DNA of 64,000 nucleotides, taken from assembly GCA_965248835.1 (NCBI GenBank), contig CBDFLJ010000002.1, positions 1,792,001 to 1,856,000 of the forward strand. The letters are read 5' to 3'. The notes beneath the pieces are model-generated. The model did no database searches, was not told the DNA's origin, and worked only from the letters and a program-made list of their open reading frames with translations. The DNA comes from Alphaproteobacteria bacterium. GTDB taxonomy: Bacteria > Pseudomonadota > Alphaproteobacteria > MPNO01. The translations under genes were made by a program, and so were the position numbers. Positions within the stretch are counted from its first letter, which is position 1. The number at the start of each line of letters is the position of its first letter. Positions 10,939-21,306 of the stretch are shown one piece after another.

Positions 10939-11667
10939 ATGCGCTGCCTGGTATTTCTCGCAACCTGGCTGCTGGCGAGCGCCGCCTGGGCCCAAACCTG
11001 CGGCCAGATAAAAGTCGCCATCGACGCCCCCGGCCTCGATTGGTCCACTGAAAACGAGTTCCGCGAACGCTTCGTCGCGGCGGCGAACAAGGTTTGCGAA
11101 TGGTGGGGGCCGACTTACACGAAGGGATTCGAAATCGTTGTCGACCGCTATCGCGGCCCTTCGATGGCGCTGGTCCCGGCCTGGCGCGGCAGCCGTGGCA
11201 GTATGATCTTCCGTTCCCCACGCGTCCGGCAATCGGCCTCTGCGATCGTCCACGAAGTCACCCACGTTCTGGCACCCAACGCGAATCGGTTCCTTGCCGA
11301 AGGCTTGGGGGTTTACGCGCAGGAAAAGCTGCGCGGCCAGGCTGCCTTCCCGAATTTCGGACGCGACCTGCATCGGGAAGCCGCGAAGCTCGCCGAGAGC
11401 GCAGATATCGCCGAACTGGAGCGCTATGCGACCCCGAAGCGCCTCCGGTCCGGAGCGTTTGACGAGCGTGAAGCCTATATCGTCGTCGGATCCTTCGTCC
11501 GGTATCTGATCGAGACCTACGGGCTGGAGATGTTCCGAGAACTCTACGCCCTGACGCCTCTGGTCCCCCGGGGACGGGACGCCGGCGACCCCGGTCGCTG
11601 GGACAGGATCTACGGAAAATCGCTGTCGGCGCTCGCCCGGGAGTGGAAGTCGATGCTCAAGAAGTAA
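10939..11667 (+). CDS. Secreted HExxH (gluzincin-like) metallopeptidase-like protein
   Basis: GGAGG RBS, signal peptide, HEVTH...FLAEG. Confidence 0.75.
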   Translation: MRCLVFLATWLLASAAWAQTCGQIKVAIDAPGLDWSTENEFRERFVAAANKVCEWWGPTYTKGFEIVVDRYRGPSMALVPAWRGSRGSMIFRSPRVRQSASAIVHEVTHVLAPNANRFLAEGLGVYAQEKLRGQAAFPNFGRDLHREAAKLAESADIAELERYATPKRLRSGAFDEREAYIVVGSFVRYLIETYGLEMFRELYALTPLVPRGRDAGDPGRWDRIYGKSLSALAREWKSMLKK

Positions 11668-11789
11668 GGGAGACCTCCCGCCCTGGCCCGCCGTTTCGCC
11701 ATAAGCGGGACCCGGTCGGTTTGAAGCAGGCTGTGTCGGCCTGCGCCGACCATGACGCGCTGGGGCGCGGCGGGGCCGGCGCGGCCTCG

Positions 11790-11875
11790 CCGCCAACATC
11801 GCTGGTGCGCCTGGAAGGTCCGCCTCATCCACGCCTCCAACCCGGGCTGGGACGACTCGTTCGAGACGCTGCCTC
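11790..11875 (+). pseudogene. GIY-YIG nuclease C-terminal remnant
   Basis: RWCAWKVRLIHASNPGWDDSFETL resembles the W-R-x-WK-x-x-LI-x-x-x-NP-x-W-x-D tail of small GIY-YIG proteins. Confidence 0.45.
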
Positions 11876-12026
11876 CCACCGTAAGACGCAGAACCATCGG
11901 TGCTGAGGGGCGTTACGGCCGTTGTCCGGGAGTTCCGGCTCTCCCATGCGCAGGTGGAATCCCTATTTGCCGCCGCGCCGGTCCGCATTCTCTACGCGGT
12001 TGACAGACCGGCGCCGGACACGGGAC

Positions 12027-12503
12027 TTACTTCGCCCGGTCCGTCGGGGACGGGTTTCCGTGGCTCAACTTGGCCGCGACGCAAGATTGCACGATTTCCC
12101 ACGTTTTTCTCCAGCGGGATCGTTTCGTCCATGCCGAATACCAGACCGCGCGGTCGTCGACGACAACGGCCCATCGCGGCGCCCCACTCTTGATCTTCAG
12201 CGTGTCGCGGACCCATTTCAGGTCTTGCGGCCATCGCGAATCGTAGGCGGTATCCCTGTAGGTATAGGCCGCGACCTGGCGCCACTTGATGTGCCTCCAT
12301 TCCCGACTGGCCTCGATTCTTGCCATGTGACGATTGTACCAGGCGAAGCACGGCGGGCAATTCCAGGCCGAGATGTAGACGACGGTGATTTTCGAGTCCG
12401 GCCTGACATGGGGAGTACACGTGTCCAACTCGGCAGAATCGGACTTCGTCTGGACGAACAGGATCGCCGCGCCCAAAACGCTTGCCAACAGCATTCTGAA
12501 CAT
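12027..12503 (-). CDS. Exported thioredoxin-like CxxC protein
   Basis: AGGAGG RBS, signal peptide, SAWNCPPC, GAPRW. Confidence 0.7.
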   Translation of the reverse strand: MFRMLLASVLGAAILFVQTKSDSAELDTCTPHVRPDSKITVVYISAWNCPPCFAWYNRHMARIEASREWRHIKWRQVAAYTYRDTAYDSRWPQDLKWVRDTLKIKSGAPRWAVVVDDRAVWYSAWTKRSRWRKTWEIVQSCVAAKLSHGNPSPTDRAK

Positions 12504-12639
12504 CGTCCCCTCCTAGTCTACGGTCCCATTTTGGCCGCGATCTCTTCAGTAGCGCGGCACCTTCATCGAGCTGACACTGCATTTTACTTCATATGCAGGC
12601 GTCGGGGAAAGATCGCAGCGGGGCAATGGGCTTTCCTTT

Positions 12640-12952
12640 CCGTTATGGTCGGACGCAGAGCGCAGCGAGGCCTTGCGGGCCTCGGCGTCGAATCTCCAGG
12701 GCCGGATCGGCCGGTTGCTGACCGCGATCAAGGAAGGCATCGATCCCAAGAAGGCGGCCGCAGCCTGGTGCCACAGCGCTGGCCGATCCCGAGCAGCGGC
12801 GCCAGATCCTCCGCCGCCTGGGCGATCTCCTCCCATCCCGGCTGTTCCGCCGTCCTCGGCAGGTGCTCCAGAAACCGCTTGCCGGCCGCCTCCAGCACGC
12901 TCAGGACGGACACGTGCTGGATGCCCGTGTCGGGCCGCCACACTCGGCACAA
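12640..12952 (-). pseudogene. Plasmid replication protein RepC C-terminal remnant (frameshifted)
   Basis: VLEAAGKRFLEHLP...WEEIAQAAEDLAPLLGIGQ then (other frame) LWHQAAA; RepC-C-like pattern. Confidence 0.55.
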
Positions 12953-13073
12953 GTGGGCGGCCCTTCTGATTCAGCGATCAAATCCGACGACTCGCGAGGC
13001 AACCCCGCCGTTGCCCCGGAGCTTGCCAAGCTTCACTCGCGATTCTAGGGTACCGAGGAGTCGGATGAAAAAC

Positions 13074-13150
13074 TGGCGCGCCCGGCAGGATTCGAACCTG
13101 CGACCTGCGGATTAGAAGTCCGCTGCTCTATCCGGCTGAGCTACGGGCGC
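13074..13150 (-). tRNA. tRNA-Arg(UCU)
   Basis: GCGCCCGTAGCTCAGCCGGATAGAGC...CTTCTAA...GGTTCGAATCC...GCGCCA; 77 nt. Confidence 0.97.
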
Positions 13151-13241
13151 GTGGCGGCATCTGCGGCCGTTTCTACACCACCACGGCCGGGGCCGCATCC
13201 TTCTTGGGCGCCCGCCCGGCCGTGACCGGAAGACGGTGAAC

Positions 13242-14366
13242 ATGGCCGAAGATCTCCTTGCGTTCTCGCCCGACTATGCGGCGGCCCGCCAAAAATTCCG
13301 ATCCGCGGCGGACCGGGCCGACGCCGGGCTGGAACGCTACGACCACCCGGCGGTCGGGCCCGGCGGCGTGGCGCTGTCGACCGATGTGGCGACTCTCGGT
13401 GCCGCCGATGCGAACCGGGTGCTGCTGGTCAATGCCGGCACCCATGGGGTCGAGGCCTTCGCGGGCTCGGCGATCGAGATCGCCTTTCTCTCCGCCGGTC
13501 ACCGGATCCCGGACGATGTCCGGGTGGTCCTGATCCATGCGATCAACCCGCACGGCTTCGCCTGGCTGCGCCGGGTGACCGAGGACAATGTCGATCTGAA
13601 CCGCAACTTCATCGACCACGCGGCCGCCCGTCCGGCCAACCCGGAATACGCTGCGCTGCATCCGCTGATCTGCCCGGCGCGCCGGGACGAGGAGAGCCTG
13701 GCGCAAAGCCTGCGCGTCCTGGAAGACTATGTCGCAAGGCACGGCGCGTTCGCGCTGCAGTCGGTCCTCACCCGCGGCCAGTACGACCACGCCGAGGGCA
13801 TCTTCTACGGCGGCACGGCGCCGACCTGGTCGAACCGGACTTTTCGGGCGATCGCCGAACGACATCTTTCCGGTGCCCGCCTGATCGCTTTCATCGACCT
13901 TCACACCGGGCTCGGCCATTACGGTGCTGCGGAGATGATCGCCGGGGCGAGCGCGGAGACGCCCACCGGAAGGCGGCTGCGCGCCTGGTACGGCGATGCG
14001 CTGACTTCGCCCTCCGCCGGCACCTCCTCGTCTGCGCCGTTGCGCGGGGTGATCGCGAGCGCGGTGCGGGCAGCAGCCGGCGGCGCCGACGTGGTCAGCG
14101 CGACGCTCGAGTTCGGCACCTACCCGGTGCGGGTGGTGCTGGATGCGCTGCTGGCCGACAACTGGGTCCATGCCCACGGCGATCCGGAAAGCGCCGAGGG
14201 GCGGGCGATCAAGGCGCAGACGCGCAAGGCGCTCTTCCCCGACGAGGACGACTGGAAGGAATTGGTGCTGGTCCGCGGCCGCCAGATCCTTGGCCACGCG
14301 TTGGCCGGTCTGGGCGCGGACCGGGACCCGGCGCTCAGACCAGAAACGCGCGGACCGCCGCGATGA
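13242..14366 (+). CDS. DUF2817 / M14-family metallopeptidase
   Basis: GTHGVE, NPHGF, NVDLNRNF, DLHTGLG. Confidence 0.88.
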   Translation: MAEDLLAFSPDYAAARQKFRSAADRADAGLERYDHPAVGPGGVALSTDVATLGAADANRVLLVNAGTHGVEAFAGSAIEIAFLSAGHRIPDDVRVVLIHAINPHGFAWLRRVTEDNVDLNRNFIDHAAARPANPEYAALHPLICPARRDEESLAQSLRVLEDYVARHGAFALQSVLTRGQYDHAEGIFYGGTAPTWSNRTFRAIAERHLSGARLIAFIDLHTGLGHYGAAEMIAGASAETPTGRRLRAWYGDALTSPSAGTSSSAPLRGVIASAVRAAAGGADVVSATLEFGTYPVRVVLDALLADNWVHAHGDPESAEGRAIKAQTRKALFPDEDDWKELVLVRGRQILGHALAGLGADRDPALRPETRGPPR

Positions 14367-15174
14367 AGTCCTCCGGGTTGTCCTCGAAGACCATGTGCTC
14401 GGCGCGCTCGATCTCCACCAGCCTCGCCTCGGCGATGGTCTCGATCATGCGTTGGGCGACGTCACGGTCGAGGATGTCGGTCTCGGTTGCGCGCACGACG
14501 AGGGTCGGACAGGTGATCTTCTCCAGGGCTGGCCACAGGTCGAGCGGCGGGATCGGATCGCCGCGCCGCCGCGCCTCGCGGATCTCGCGGTCATACCGCC
14601 AGCCGATCCTGCCGTTGGGCAGCGCACGGGTCGCGTAATATTCGCGCCGGTGCATGACCGACGCCGACGCGTAGCGGTTGAACTGCGTCATGTAGGCGAT
14701 CGCATCGTCCAGCGTGTCGAATTCCTCGGGGACGTCGATCAGCTCCTTGGCGATCCGCTGGCCGCCCTTCGGATTGACCTGGGGCCCGAACTCGCTGAGG
14801 ACGAGCTTGTCCAGCATGTGCGCATGCGTGTCGGCGAACGCCATCGCGTTGCGCGCGCCCATCGAATGGCCGATCAGGATGAATTTTTGCAGCCCGACAG
14901 CGCGGCAGAAACCCACCAGGTCGCCGACGAAGGCATCGACGCCGTAATCGCCGTCGGGCGCCCAATCGGTGCCGCCGCGGCCGCGCTGGTCGAGCGCGAG
15001 CATGTGGAAATCCGCACTTAGCGCCGCCGAGACGTCGTCCCAGGAATGGGCGTGACCGCGCAGCCCGTGCAGCAGGACGACCGCGGTCTTGGCCGAGTTG
15101 CCCCAGTCCAGGTAGTGCATCTTCAGACCGCCGATGTCGACGGTGCGGTCCTGCGGCTCGATGACGGTGCTCAT
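14335..15174 (-). CDS. Alpha/beta hydrolase
   Basis: LLHG, DQRGRG, GHSMGA, late His. Confidence 0.9.
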   Translation of the reverse strand: MSTVIEPQDRTVDIGGLKMHYLDWGNSAKTAVVLLHGLRGHAHSWDDVSAALSADFHMLALDQRGRGGTDWAPDGDYGVDAFVGDLVGFCRAVGLQKFILIGHSMGARNAMAFADTHAHMLDKLVLSEFGPQVNPKGGQRIAKELIDVPEEFDTLDDAIAYMTQFNRYASASVMHRREYYATRALPNGRIGWRYDREIREARRRGDPIPPLDLWPALEKITCPTLVVRATETDILDRDVAQRMIETIAEARLVEIERAEHMVFEDNPEDFIAAVRAFLV

Positions 15175-15193
15175 TGCGCCCCCGATCGGTTGT

Positions 15194-15502
15194 TCAATGG
15201 GTCCAGCTCCCGGTGCGGGTGTAGCTGAAATTCTCGGCATAGGTCTTGGGCGCGATCTTGCGCTCGCGCGCCGGCTCGACCTCGTAGCTCAGCCCATGGC
15301 GCTCGGCGAACGCCACCGCCTCGCCGCTGGTGGCGAACTCGAGCCTGACCTGGCACCGCGTGTCGCCGCGGCCGGCCCAGCCCATCAGCGAATCGCGGCG
15401 CTGGGCAAGCTCCGTGGAGAACTCGAGCACCCAGGCCCTGGTCCGGGCCCGGCCGGACTGCATGGCCGTCTTGGCCGGCCGATAGATCCGCACCTCGCTC
15501 AT
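15194..15502 (-). CDS. ETC complex I subunit (NDUFS4-like)
   Basis: RIYRPAKTAMQSG, DSLMGW, YAENF. Confidence 0.92.
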   Translation of the reverse strand: MSEVRIYRPAKTAMQSGRARTRAWVLEFSTELAQRRDSLMGWAGRGDTRCQVRLEFATSGEAVAFAERHGLSYEVEPARERKIAPKTYAENFSYTRTGSWTH

Positions 15503-15604
15503 CCGATCCTCCGCGTGGTTCCTGCCGGCGGTGCGACGCAACCGCGCGATCCAACTCAAGGTTAGGCGCAAAAGCGTCTGCGATCCAAGCCCCGGAAACT
15601 CGGC

Positions 15605-16594
15605 TCAACGGTTGACCCGCGCCATACCGTCCTCGGGATAGCGCGTGCCCGAAGCCGCGCCCACGGGGAAGGCGGCATTCAGCGCCTGGAGATCGGCGGG
15701 CGCAAGGGCGATCTCCGCTGCCGCGATGTTCTCTTCGAGGTGCGCGCGGGTCTTGCAGCCGGGGATGGGAAAGACATGCTCGCCCCGGTGCAGGAGCCAG
15801 GCCAGCGCGACCTGCGCCGGGCTCACGCCGAGCCCGCCGGCCAGAGCCTCCAGGGTGTGGACCAGCGCACGGTTGGCGGCGAAGTTCTCTCTTTGAAAGC
15901 GCGGGAACTTCGAGCGGATGTCGCCTTCGGGCAGGTCCCCGGACGCGGCGAACGCGCCGGTCAGGAAGCCGTAGCCAAGCGGCGCATAGGCCATCACCGC
16001 CATGCCGGCGTCCTTGCAGGCCGTCAGATGACCGTCCTCGGGATCGCGCGACCACAGGGAATATTCGATCTGCAGCGAGATCAGAGGATGGACCGCGGCC
16101 GCGCGCCGAACGGTCGCAACTGCGGCTTCGGACAGGGCGATGAACCGGGTCTTTCCCTGTTCGGCCAGCCGGGCCATCGCACCCACGGACTCCTCGATCG
16201 GCACCGAAGGATCGACCCGCGACAGGCAGAACGCATCGAGCGCCTCGATGCCGAGGTCCTTCAGCGACTGCTCGCACACCGCACGCAGCCGCTCCGGCGC
16301 GCCGCTGCCGTGCGCGTGGCTGCGCCCGCCGCGGTCGCGGATCGAGCCGGTCTTCGAATGGATGAAAACCCGATCGCGGCGGCCGCGGACCGCGCGCCCG
16401 ATCAGGCGGTGATTGTGCCCCTGCCCATAGCTGGCCGAGGTATCGAGCAGCGTGATCCCGCGCTCGACCGCACGGTGGATGGTGGCGATCGACTCCGCGT
16501 CATCGGCCGCCCCGTAGGCCCCCGACATCCCATAACAGCCGAGCCCGATCCGCGAGACGGCAGGCTCGCCCAGCCCGAACGGCCGATAGTCCAA
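15605..16594 (-). CDS. Aldo/keto reductase
   Basis: IGLGCYGMS, DTSASYG, QIEYSLW, PIPG. Confidence 0.92.
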   Translation of the reverse strand: MDYRPFGLGEPAVSRIGLGCYGMSGAYGAADDAESIATIHRAVERGITLLDTSASYGQGHNHRLIGRAVRGRRDRVFIHSKTGSIRDRGGRSHAHGSGAPERLRAVCEQSLKDLGIEALDAFCLSRVDPSVPIEESVGAMARLAEQGKTRFIALSEAAVATVRRAAAVHPLISLQIEYSLWSRDPEDGHLTACKDAGMAVMAYAPLGYGFLTGAFAASGDLPEGDIRSKFPRFQRENFAANRALVHTLEALAGGLGVSPAQVALAWLLHRGEHVFPIPGCKTRAHLEENIAAAEIALAPADLQALNAAFPVGAASGTRYPEDGMARVNR

Positions 16595-16645
16595 TCCGTT
16601 ACCTATGTCTTCGGGTCGGAACGTGCTCCGAGCCTCTGATTGAAT

Positions 16646-16722
<77 letters not shown>

Positions 16723-16795
16723 GACCCTGCAACCGCCCGGGTTTTAAGGTGAATCGCGCCGCCCCGCAACTCACCGGTGCGGGTGGGCGCCGGGC

Positions 16796-17092
16796 TCACG
16801 CGGTGCCTTGCGCCGGGCCGCCGAGATTGTCCTCGGCGATCCTGAGCTCGATGTCATCGAGCAAGCGGCCGAGCGCGGTCTCGACATCGTCGCGCTTGAA
16901 GCCTTCCTCGAGCAGGACCCCGAGCAATTCCGCAGCGCCGTTGAGCGCGACCGAGTAGCGCGGCAAGTCGTTGTTGACCTCCCAGGCCGCCGCCGCCGGC
17001 AGCAGGGCGATGTGGACCAGGTCCTGCGCGCGGCACACCGGACAATGCTCGCCGGGGTCGTGCTCGACCAGGTCTTCCAAGGTGATCTTCAT
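16796..17092 (-). CDS. Hypothetical protein with HCPVC motif
   Basis: GGAG RBS, MKITLEDLVEHDPGEHCPVC; protein-like composition. Confidence 0.65.
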   Translation of the reverse strand: MKITLEDLVEHDPGEHCPVCRAQDLVHIALLPAAAAWEVNNDLPRYSVALNGAAELLGVLLEEGFKRDDVETALGRLLDDIELRIAEDNLGGPAQGTA

Positions 17093-17246
17093 GCGAACCG
17101 CTCCGCTCCGGCCGAAGGTCGAGCGGCGATCATAGCAGCAAGTCGGTAAATCTTCGCGCGTGATCGTCCCGCATGGCAGTTCCGGACCGGCTTCCATACT
17201 ATGCGGTGCGCCGCCGCACCGACGGCGTGCTTGACAAGGTATCTGA

Positions 17247-17918
17247 ATGGCTCTCTCCAACGAATTGATCCCAAACGAAATTCATCGCTATCTCGTGGCC
17301 CATTCGGTGCGCGAACCCGAGCCGTTGCGCGGGCTTCGCGAGGCCACCGCGCTGCGGCCCGATGCGGAGATGCAATCGCCGCCGGAGGTCGGCCAGTTCC
17401 TGGCACTGCTGGTCGAACTGACTGGTGCGCGCAAAATCCTCGAACTCGGCACGTTTACCGGCTACGGCACGCTGGCCATGGCCCTGGCGATGCCGGCGGA
17501 CGGGCGGATCGTCGCCTGCGACGTCAATGTCGATGCGCATCGGCTGGCTCGCCGGTTCTGGGGTGAGGCCGGCGTGGCCGGCAGGATCGAACTTCGGGTC
17601 GGCGAATGCGCCGATGCGATCGCCGAACTGATCGCCGAAGGCTGTGAGGCGAGCTTCGATTTCGCCTTCATCGACGCCGACAAGCCGGGCTACACCGACT
17701 ACTACGATGCCTGCTTCACCCTGCTGCGGCCGGGCGCGCTGATGGTTTTCGACAACGTGTTCATGCGGGGCGCGGTGGCGCAGCAGACACCCGGCCGGCG
17801 CTACACCGCGGCGATGCAGCGCTTCAACCGGCGGCTCCACGCCGATGAACGCATCTCGCTGTCGATGCTTCCGCTCGGCGACGGGTTGACCCTTGCCCGC
17901 ATCCGCCCCAGAGCGTGA
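17247..17918 (+). CDS. SAM-dependent O-methyltransferase (caffeoyl-CoA OMT-like)
   Basis: LELGTFTGY, FIDADK, DN motifs. Confidence 0.92.
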   Translation: MALSNELIPNEIHRYLVAHSVREPEPLRGLREATALRPDAEMQSPPEVGQFLALLVELTGARKILELGTFTGYGTLAMALAMPADGRIVACDVNVDAHRLARRFWGEAGVAGRIELRVGECADAIAELIAEGCEASFDFAFIDADKPGYTDYYDACFTLLRPGALMVFDNVFMRGAVAQQTPGRRYTAAMQRFNRRLHADERISLSMLPLGDGLTLARIRPRA

Positions 17919-18005
17919 CGCCGCCGCGTTGACCAGTATCGGAGCATGGTCCGCGCGCCGGGTTGAGCCGCGATATTGGGACGCCGGTGCGCCTGACCGA
18001 AACGT

Positions 18006-18548
18006 TCAGACGGCGTCCGCCGCGATCCCGAAAGTGTCCTCGCGCCAGGCGTCGACCTCGCGGAAGCTCGGATCGCCGCCGAACCGCTCGCGTGTGACGC
18101 GGTCGATCCCGGCGTCGTCGAGCGCGAAGTCGAGCACCTCACGCTGCGGCTGGACGACGTAATACGGCGTGTCGATGAACACTTCCAGCCGGTTGCCCTC
18201 CGGGTCGCGGAAATAAACCGACCAGGCGTTGCCGTGATCGACCGGGTCGATATCCTCGACATCGTGCGCGACGAGGTGCTCGTAGTATCGCCGCAGTTCG
18301 GTGACGCTTGCGAGCTTGAGCGAGATCTGGTTGATCACGTTGAACGAGCCCGCGGGCCGTCCGGGCACCAGAACGATCTGGTGATGATCGCTCGGGTTGC
18401 GGCTGAGGAACAGGAGCTCGGAGTCGCGGAACGGGCCGCGATCGGTGACCTGGAAGCCGAGCACATCGGTATAGAATGCGGCCACGGCCTCGATGTCGGT
18501 GACGTGAAGGCCGATATGGCTCATCGTCCAGCGCGGCAGTTCGCTCAT
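18006..18548 (-). CDS. VOC/glyoxalase family protein
   Basis: SHIGLHV, FY..VLG, HHQIVL, YFRDPEGNRLE. Confidence 0.9.
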   Translation of the reverse strand: MSELPRWTMSHIGLHVTDIEAVAAFYTDVLGFQVTDRGPFRDSELLFLSRNPSDHHQIVLVPGRPAGSFNVINQISLKLASVTELRRYYEHLVAHDVEDIDPVDHGNAWSVYFRDPEGNRLEVFIDTPYYVVQPQREVLDFALDDAGIDRVTRERFGGDPSFREVDAWREDTFGIAADAV

Positions 18549-18710
18549 CCCTCGTCCTTCCCAGGAGCCGTTCCAGATCCGCTATCCTAAAGTACGACCG
18601 TGCCGGCGCGAAGGCATTTACGCGGCCCGCCCGGGCTTCTATAGCTTGGGCTCGGGGAACCGTCCCGCCGGAACGGCCCGGGCGGTGCCGCATCCGCAAA
18701 CGGAGGTGAG

Positions 18711-19310
18711 ATGAAGCTTTACTACACCAAGGGCACATGCTCCATCGCGCCGCACGTGGCGCTGCGCGAGGCCGGGGCGAAGTTCGACCTCATCGCCGTC
18801 GATCTGCGGGAAAAAAAGCTCCCAGACGGCAGCGACTATCTGGCGATCAACCCCAAGGGCTATGTGCCGTTGCTGGAGCGCGACGACGGTCAACGTCTGT
18901 CGGAGTGCGCCGTCATCCTGCAATACGTCGCCGACCAGAACCCGGATTCGGGCCTCGCGCCGCCGGCCGGATCCGACGACCGCTACCGGCTCCAGGAATG
19001 GCTGAGCTTTGTCGGCGGTGAGCTGCACAAGGGCCTGCCGCCGTTGTTCCTGCCGACGGTCCCGGAGGAGATGCGACCGGTCGCCCGCGCGCGGCTGACC
19101 ATTCGGATGAACTTCCTCGACCAGGCGCTGGAAGACAGGCAATGGCTGATGGGCGACGGCTTCTCGGTGGCCGATGCCTATTGCGGCGGCATCCTCAACT
19201 GGACCAAGCCGGCCAAGTACGACCTGTCAGAGCACCCCAACGTGGCGGCCTACTACGACCGGTTTTGCGCGCGGGACGCGGTCAAAGCGGCTCACGCCGC
19301 GGAAGGCTGA
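18711..19310 (+). CDS. gstA: Glutathione S-transferase (beta class)
   Basis: MKLYY..GTCSIAPHVALRE, NPKGYVP, ELHK. Confidence 0.92.
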   Translation: MKLYYTKGTCSIAPHVALREAGAKFDLIAVDLREKKLPDGSDYLAINPKGYVPLLERDDGQRLSECAVILQYVADQNPDSGLAPPAGSDDRYRLQEWLSFVGGELHKGLPPLFLPTVPEEMRPVARARLTIRMNFLDQALEDRQWLMGDGFSVADAYCGGILNWTKPAKYDLSEHPNVAAYYDRFCARDAVKAAHAAEG

Positions 19311-19950
19311 CGCTCGCCCGTCCGTCGTGGACGATCCTCAGCACCGCGCCGTCGATCCGGCCGAGAAACCGGTCCAGGCGCGGCTGCTCCAGCGCCATGG
19401 CGCTGTAGAGGCTGAGCATGTCGAACCGGGCGGACGGCGCGCAGGTCCGGATCAGCGCAGTCTTGAGGATCCGCCGCAACGGGCGCCGCACCATCAGGCG
19501 ATCGAACCACCACGGAGAGCCGAGCGTGGTCACCGCCAGGCAGTGCTTGAGCCCGTCGAGCCGGGGCGTGATGCGCCCGCCGGGCTCGCTCGGGTGATCG
19601 AACGCGGCACCGGGCGCCCAGACCCGATCGAACCAGCCCTTCATCAGCGCCGGCAGCCCGAACCACCAGGTGGGGAAGACCAGGACCAGTATCTCGGCGC
19701 GCTGCAATTGGGCGATGTGCGCGCGCACGGCGGTGTCGTCGAACGCGCCGGTGAAATAGCCGGTTCGCTCCGCCGCCGACAGCGGAGCGTCGAAGCCGGT
19801 CTGGTAGAGGTCCAGATGCTCGATCTCGATCGGATGGCCGGCGAAGGTCTGTTTGACGCGGGCCACCAAGTGATTGCACAGGCTGTCGGCCAACGGGTGG
19901 CACGAAACCAGCAGACACCGGCGCCCGCTGTTCGAAAGGCTCTCGGTCAT
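19282..19950 (-). CDS. NAD(P)H-dependent oxidoreductase (flavodoxin-like fold)
   Basis: HP...S, DLY, FPTWWFGLPALMKGWFDRV. Confidence 0.9.
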   Translation of the reverse strand: MTESLSNSGRRCLLVSCHPLADSLCNHLVARVKQTFAGHPIEIEHLDLYQTGFDAPLSAAERTGYFTGAFDDTAVRAHIAQLQRAEILVLVFPTWWFGLPALMKGWFDRVWAPGAAFDHPSEPGGRITPRLDGLKHCLAVTTLGSPWWFDRLMVRRPLRRILKTALIRTCAPSARFDMLSLYSAMALEQPRLDRFLGRIDGAVLRIVHDGRASVSLPRREPL

Positions 19951-20051
19951 TCTCGCACCTGTGCCGTGGCCGTTTCGGGCGAGACTAGCGCAATCTCGGC
20001 TTCGGTGGAATTCGCTCCGGCTGGCCGGTGCGAGCCTGATGAGGATCAAAG

Positions 20052-21017
20052 ATGACGGTGAAACTCGGATATCTCCTGCCCACCCGGGAACGGATCATGG
20101 TGGGGGTGCACGAGACCGCGCGCATCCTGGAGCTCGCCGAGACCGCGGAGGCGGTCGGGCTGGACTCGGTCTGGATCGGCGATTCGCTGCTCGCCAAGCC
20201 GCGTCACGAGCCGCTGGCGTTGCTCGCAGCCATCGCCGGGCGGACCCGCCGCATCACGCTGGGTACGGCGGTGCTGCTGCCGATGCTGCGCAACCCCGTG
20301 CTTCTCGCCCACCAGGCGGCAACGATCGACCAGATCAGCGAAGGCCGCCTGATCCTCGGCGTCGGCGCCGCACGCGACGTGCCGGCGATCCGCGCCGAAT
20401 TCGAGGCCGCCGGGGTGCCGTTCGAAAAGCGCATCGGTCGGATGCTGGAGGGCGTGCGCCTGTGCCGCGCGCTATGGACCGGCGAGCCGGTCGACTGGCG
20501 GGGCCGCTGGACGTTGGAGAACGCGGTGTTGGCGCCCCTGCCCTTCCGGAAGGGCGGCCCGGTGATATGGGGCGGCGGCGGGGTCCCGGCCGCGCTCAAG
20601 CGCTGCGCGCGCAACTTCGCGGGCTGGTTCCCCTCCGGCCCCGGCGGAGGCGCCGAATGGGGTGCGAGCTGGACCGAGCTCCTGGGATACGCCGCCGAGG
20701 CAGGGCGCGAGGAATCGGAGATCACCGGTGCCGCCTACATCACCGTGGCGGTCAACGACGACCGGGGCGAGGCCGAAGCCGAGCTTGACGACTACCTGTC
20801 GCGCTATTACGGCCGGCCGGCCGTAAAGATCAGGTCCGAACAATACGCCTTCGCCGGCGACCGCGCGGCGGTGACCGCCTGGCTCAACGGCTTCGTGGAG
20901 AACGGCGCCAGCCACCTCTGCGTCCGCTTCACCGGGTCGGACGACGCGCGGCAGATCGCGATGCTGGCCGAGATGGGCCGGTCTTTCGGGTGGGATGGTT
21001 CGGCAACGGTTTGCTGA
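20052..21017 (+). CDS. LLM-class flavin-dependent oxidoreductase
   Basis: GLDSVWIGD, LGTAVLL, GRLILGVG. Confidence 0.9.
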   Translation: MTVKLGYLLPTRERIMVGVHETARILELAETAEAVGLDSVWIGDSLLAKPRHEPLALLAAIAGRTRRITLGTAVLLPMLRNPVLLAHQAATIDQISEGRLILGVGAARDVPAIRAEFEAAGVPFEKRIGRMLEGVRLCRALWTGEPVDWRGRWTLENAVLAPLPFRKGGPVIWGGGGVPAALKRCARNFAGWFPSGPGGGAEWGASWTELLGYAAEAGREESEITGAAYITVAVNDDRGEAEAELDDYLSRYYGRPAVKIRSEQYAFAGDRAAVTAWLNGFVENGASHLCVRFTGSDDARQIAMLAEMGRSFGWDGSATVC

Positions 21018-21306
21018 ACCCCCTCTTGAAATCCCGATTTGGGAATTTGGTGTCTGGCTGGAAATGAATTGAGTGATTTCAGTGCGTTGTGTTTCGATGG
21101 TTGTGGATCAACAAACATCGAAACACAACATGTGGAATGAAATCACGCGCCCGAGCTATGCGCGCGATGGGCTGCGCTATGCAAGCGAAGTGACGGGCGA
21201 GGCGTGGGCGCTTCTCGAGCCGCTGTTGCCTGCGGCCAAGGCGTTGGGCCGGCCACGGACGACGGATCTGCGTGAGGTGGTGAACGCGATCGTGTACATG
21301 CTGCGT
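21016..21306 (+). mobile_element. IS5-family left end and transposase N-terminal fragment
   Basis: AT-rich leader; ATG 21130 MWNEITR..YARDGLRYAS...GRPRTTDLREVVNAIVYMLR; left end approximate. Confidence 0.8.

Larger units (their letters stand above)
5564..13085. mobile_element. Degenerate genomic island integrated at tRNA-Arg 3' end
   Basis: CTGGCGCGCCCGG direct repeat at 5564-5576 and 13073-13085; cargo includes Dsr1 and SRAP, EndA, RepC remnants; no intact integrase. Confidence 0.65.
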
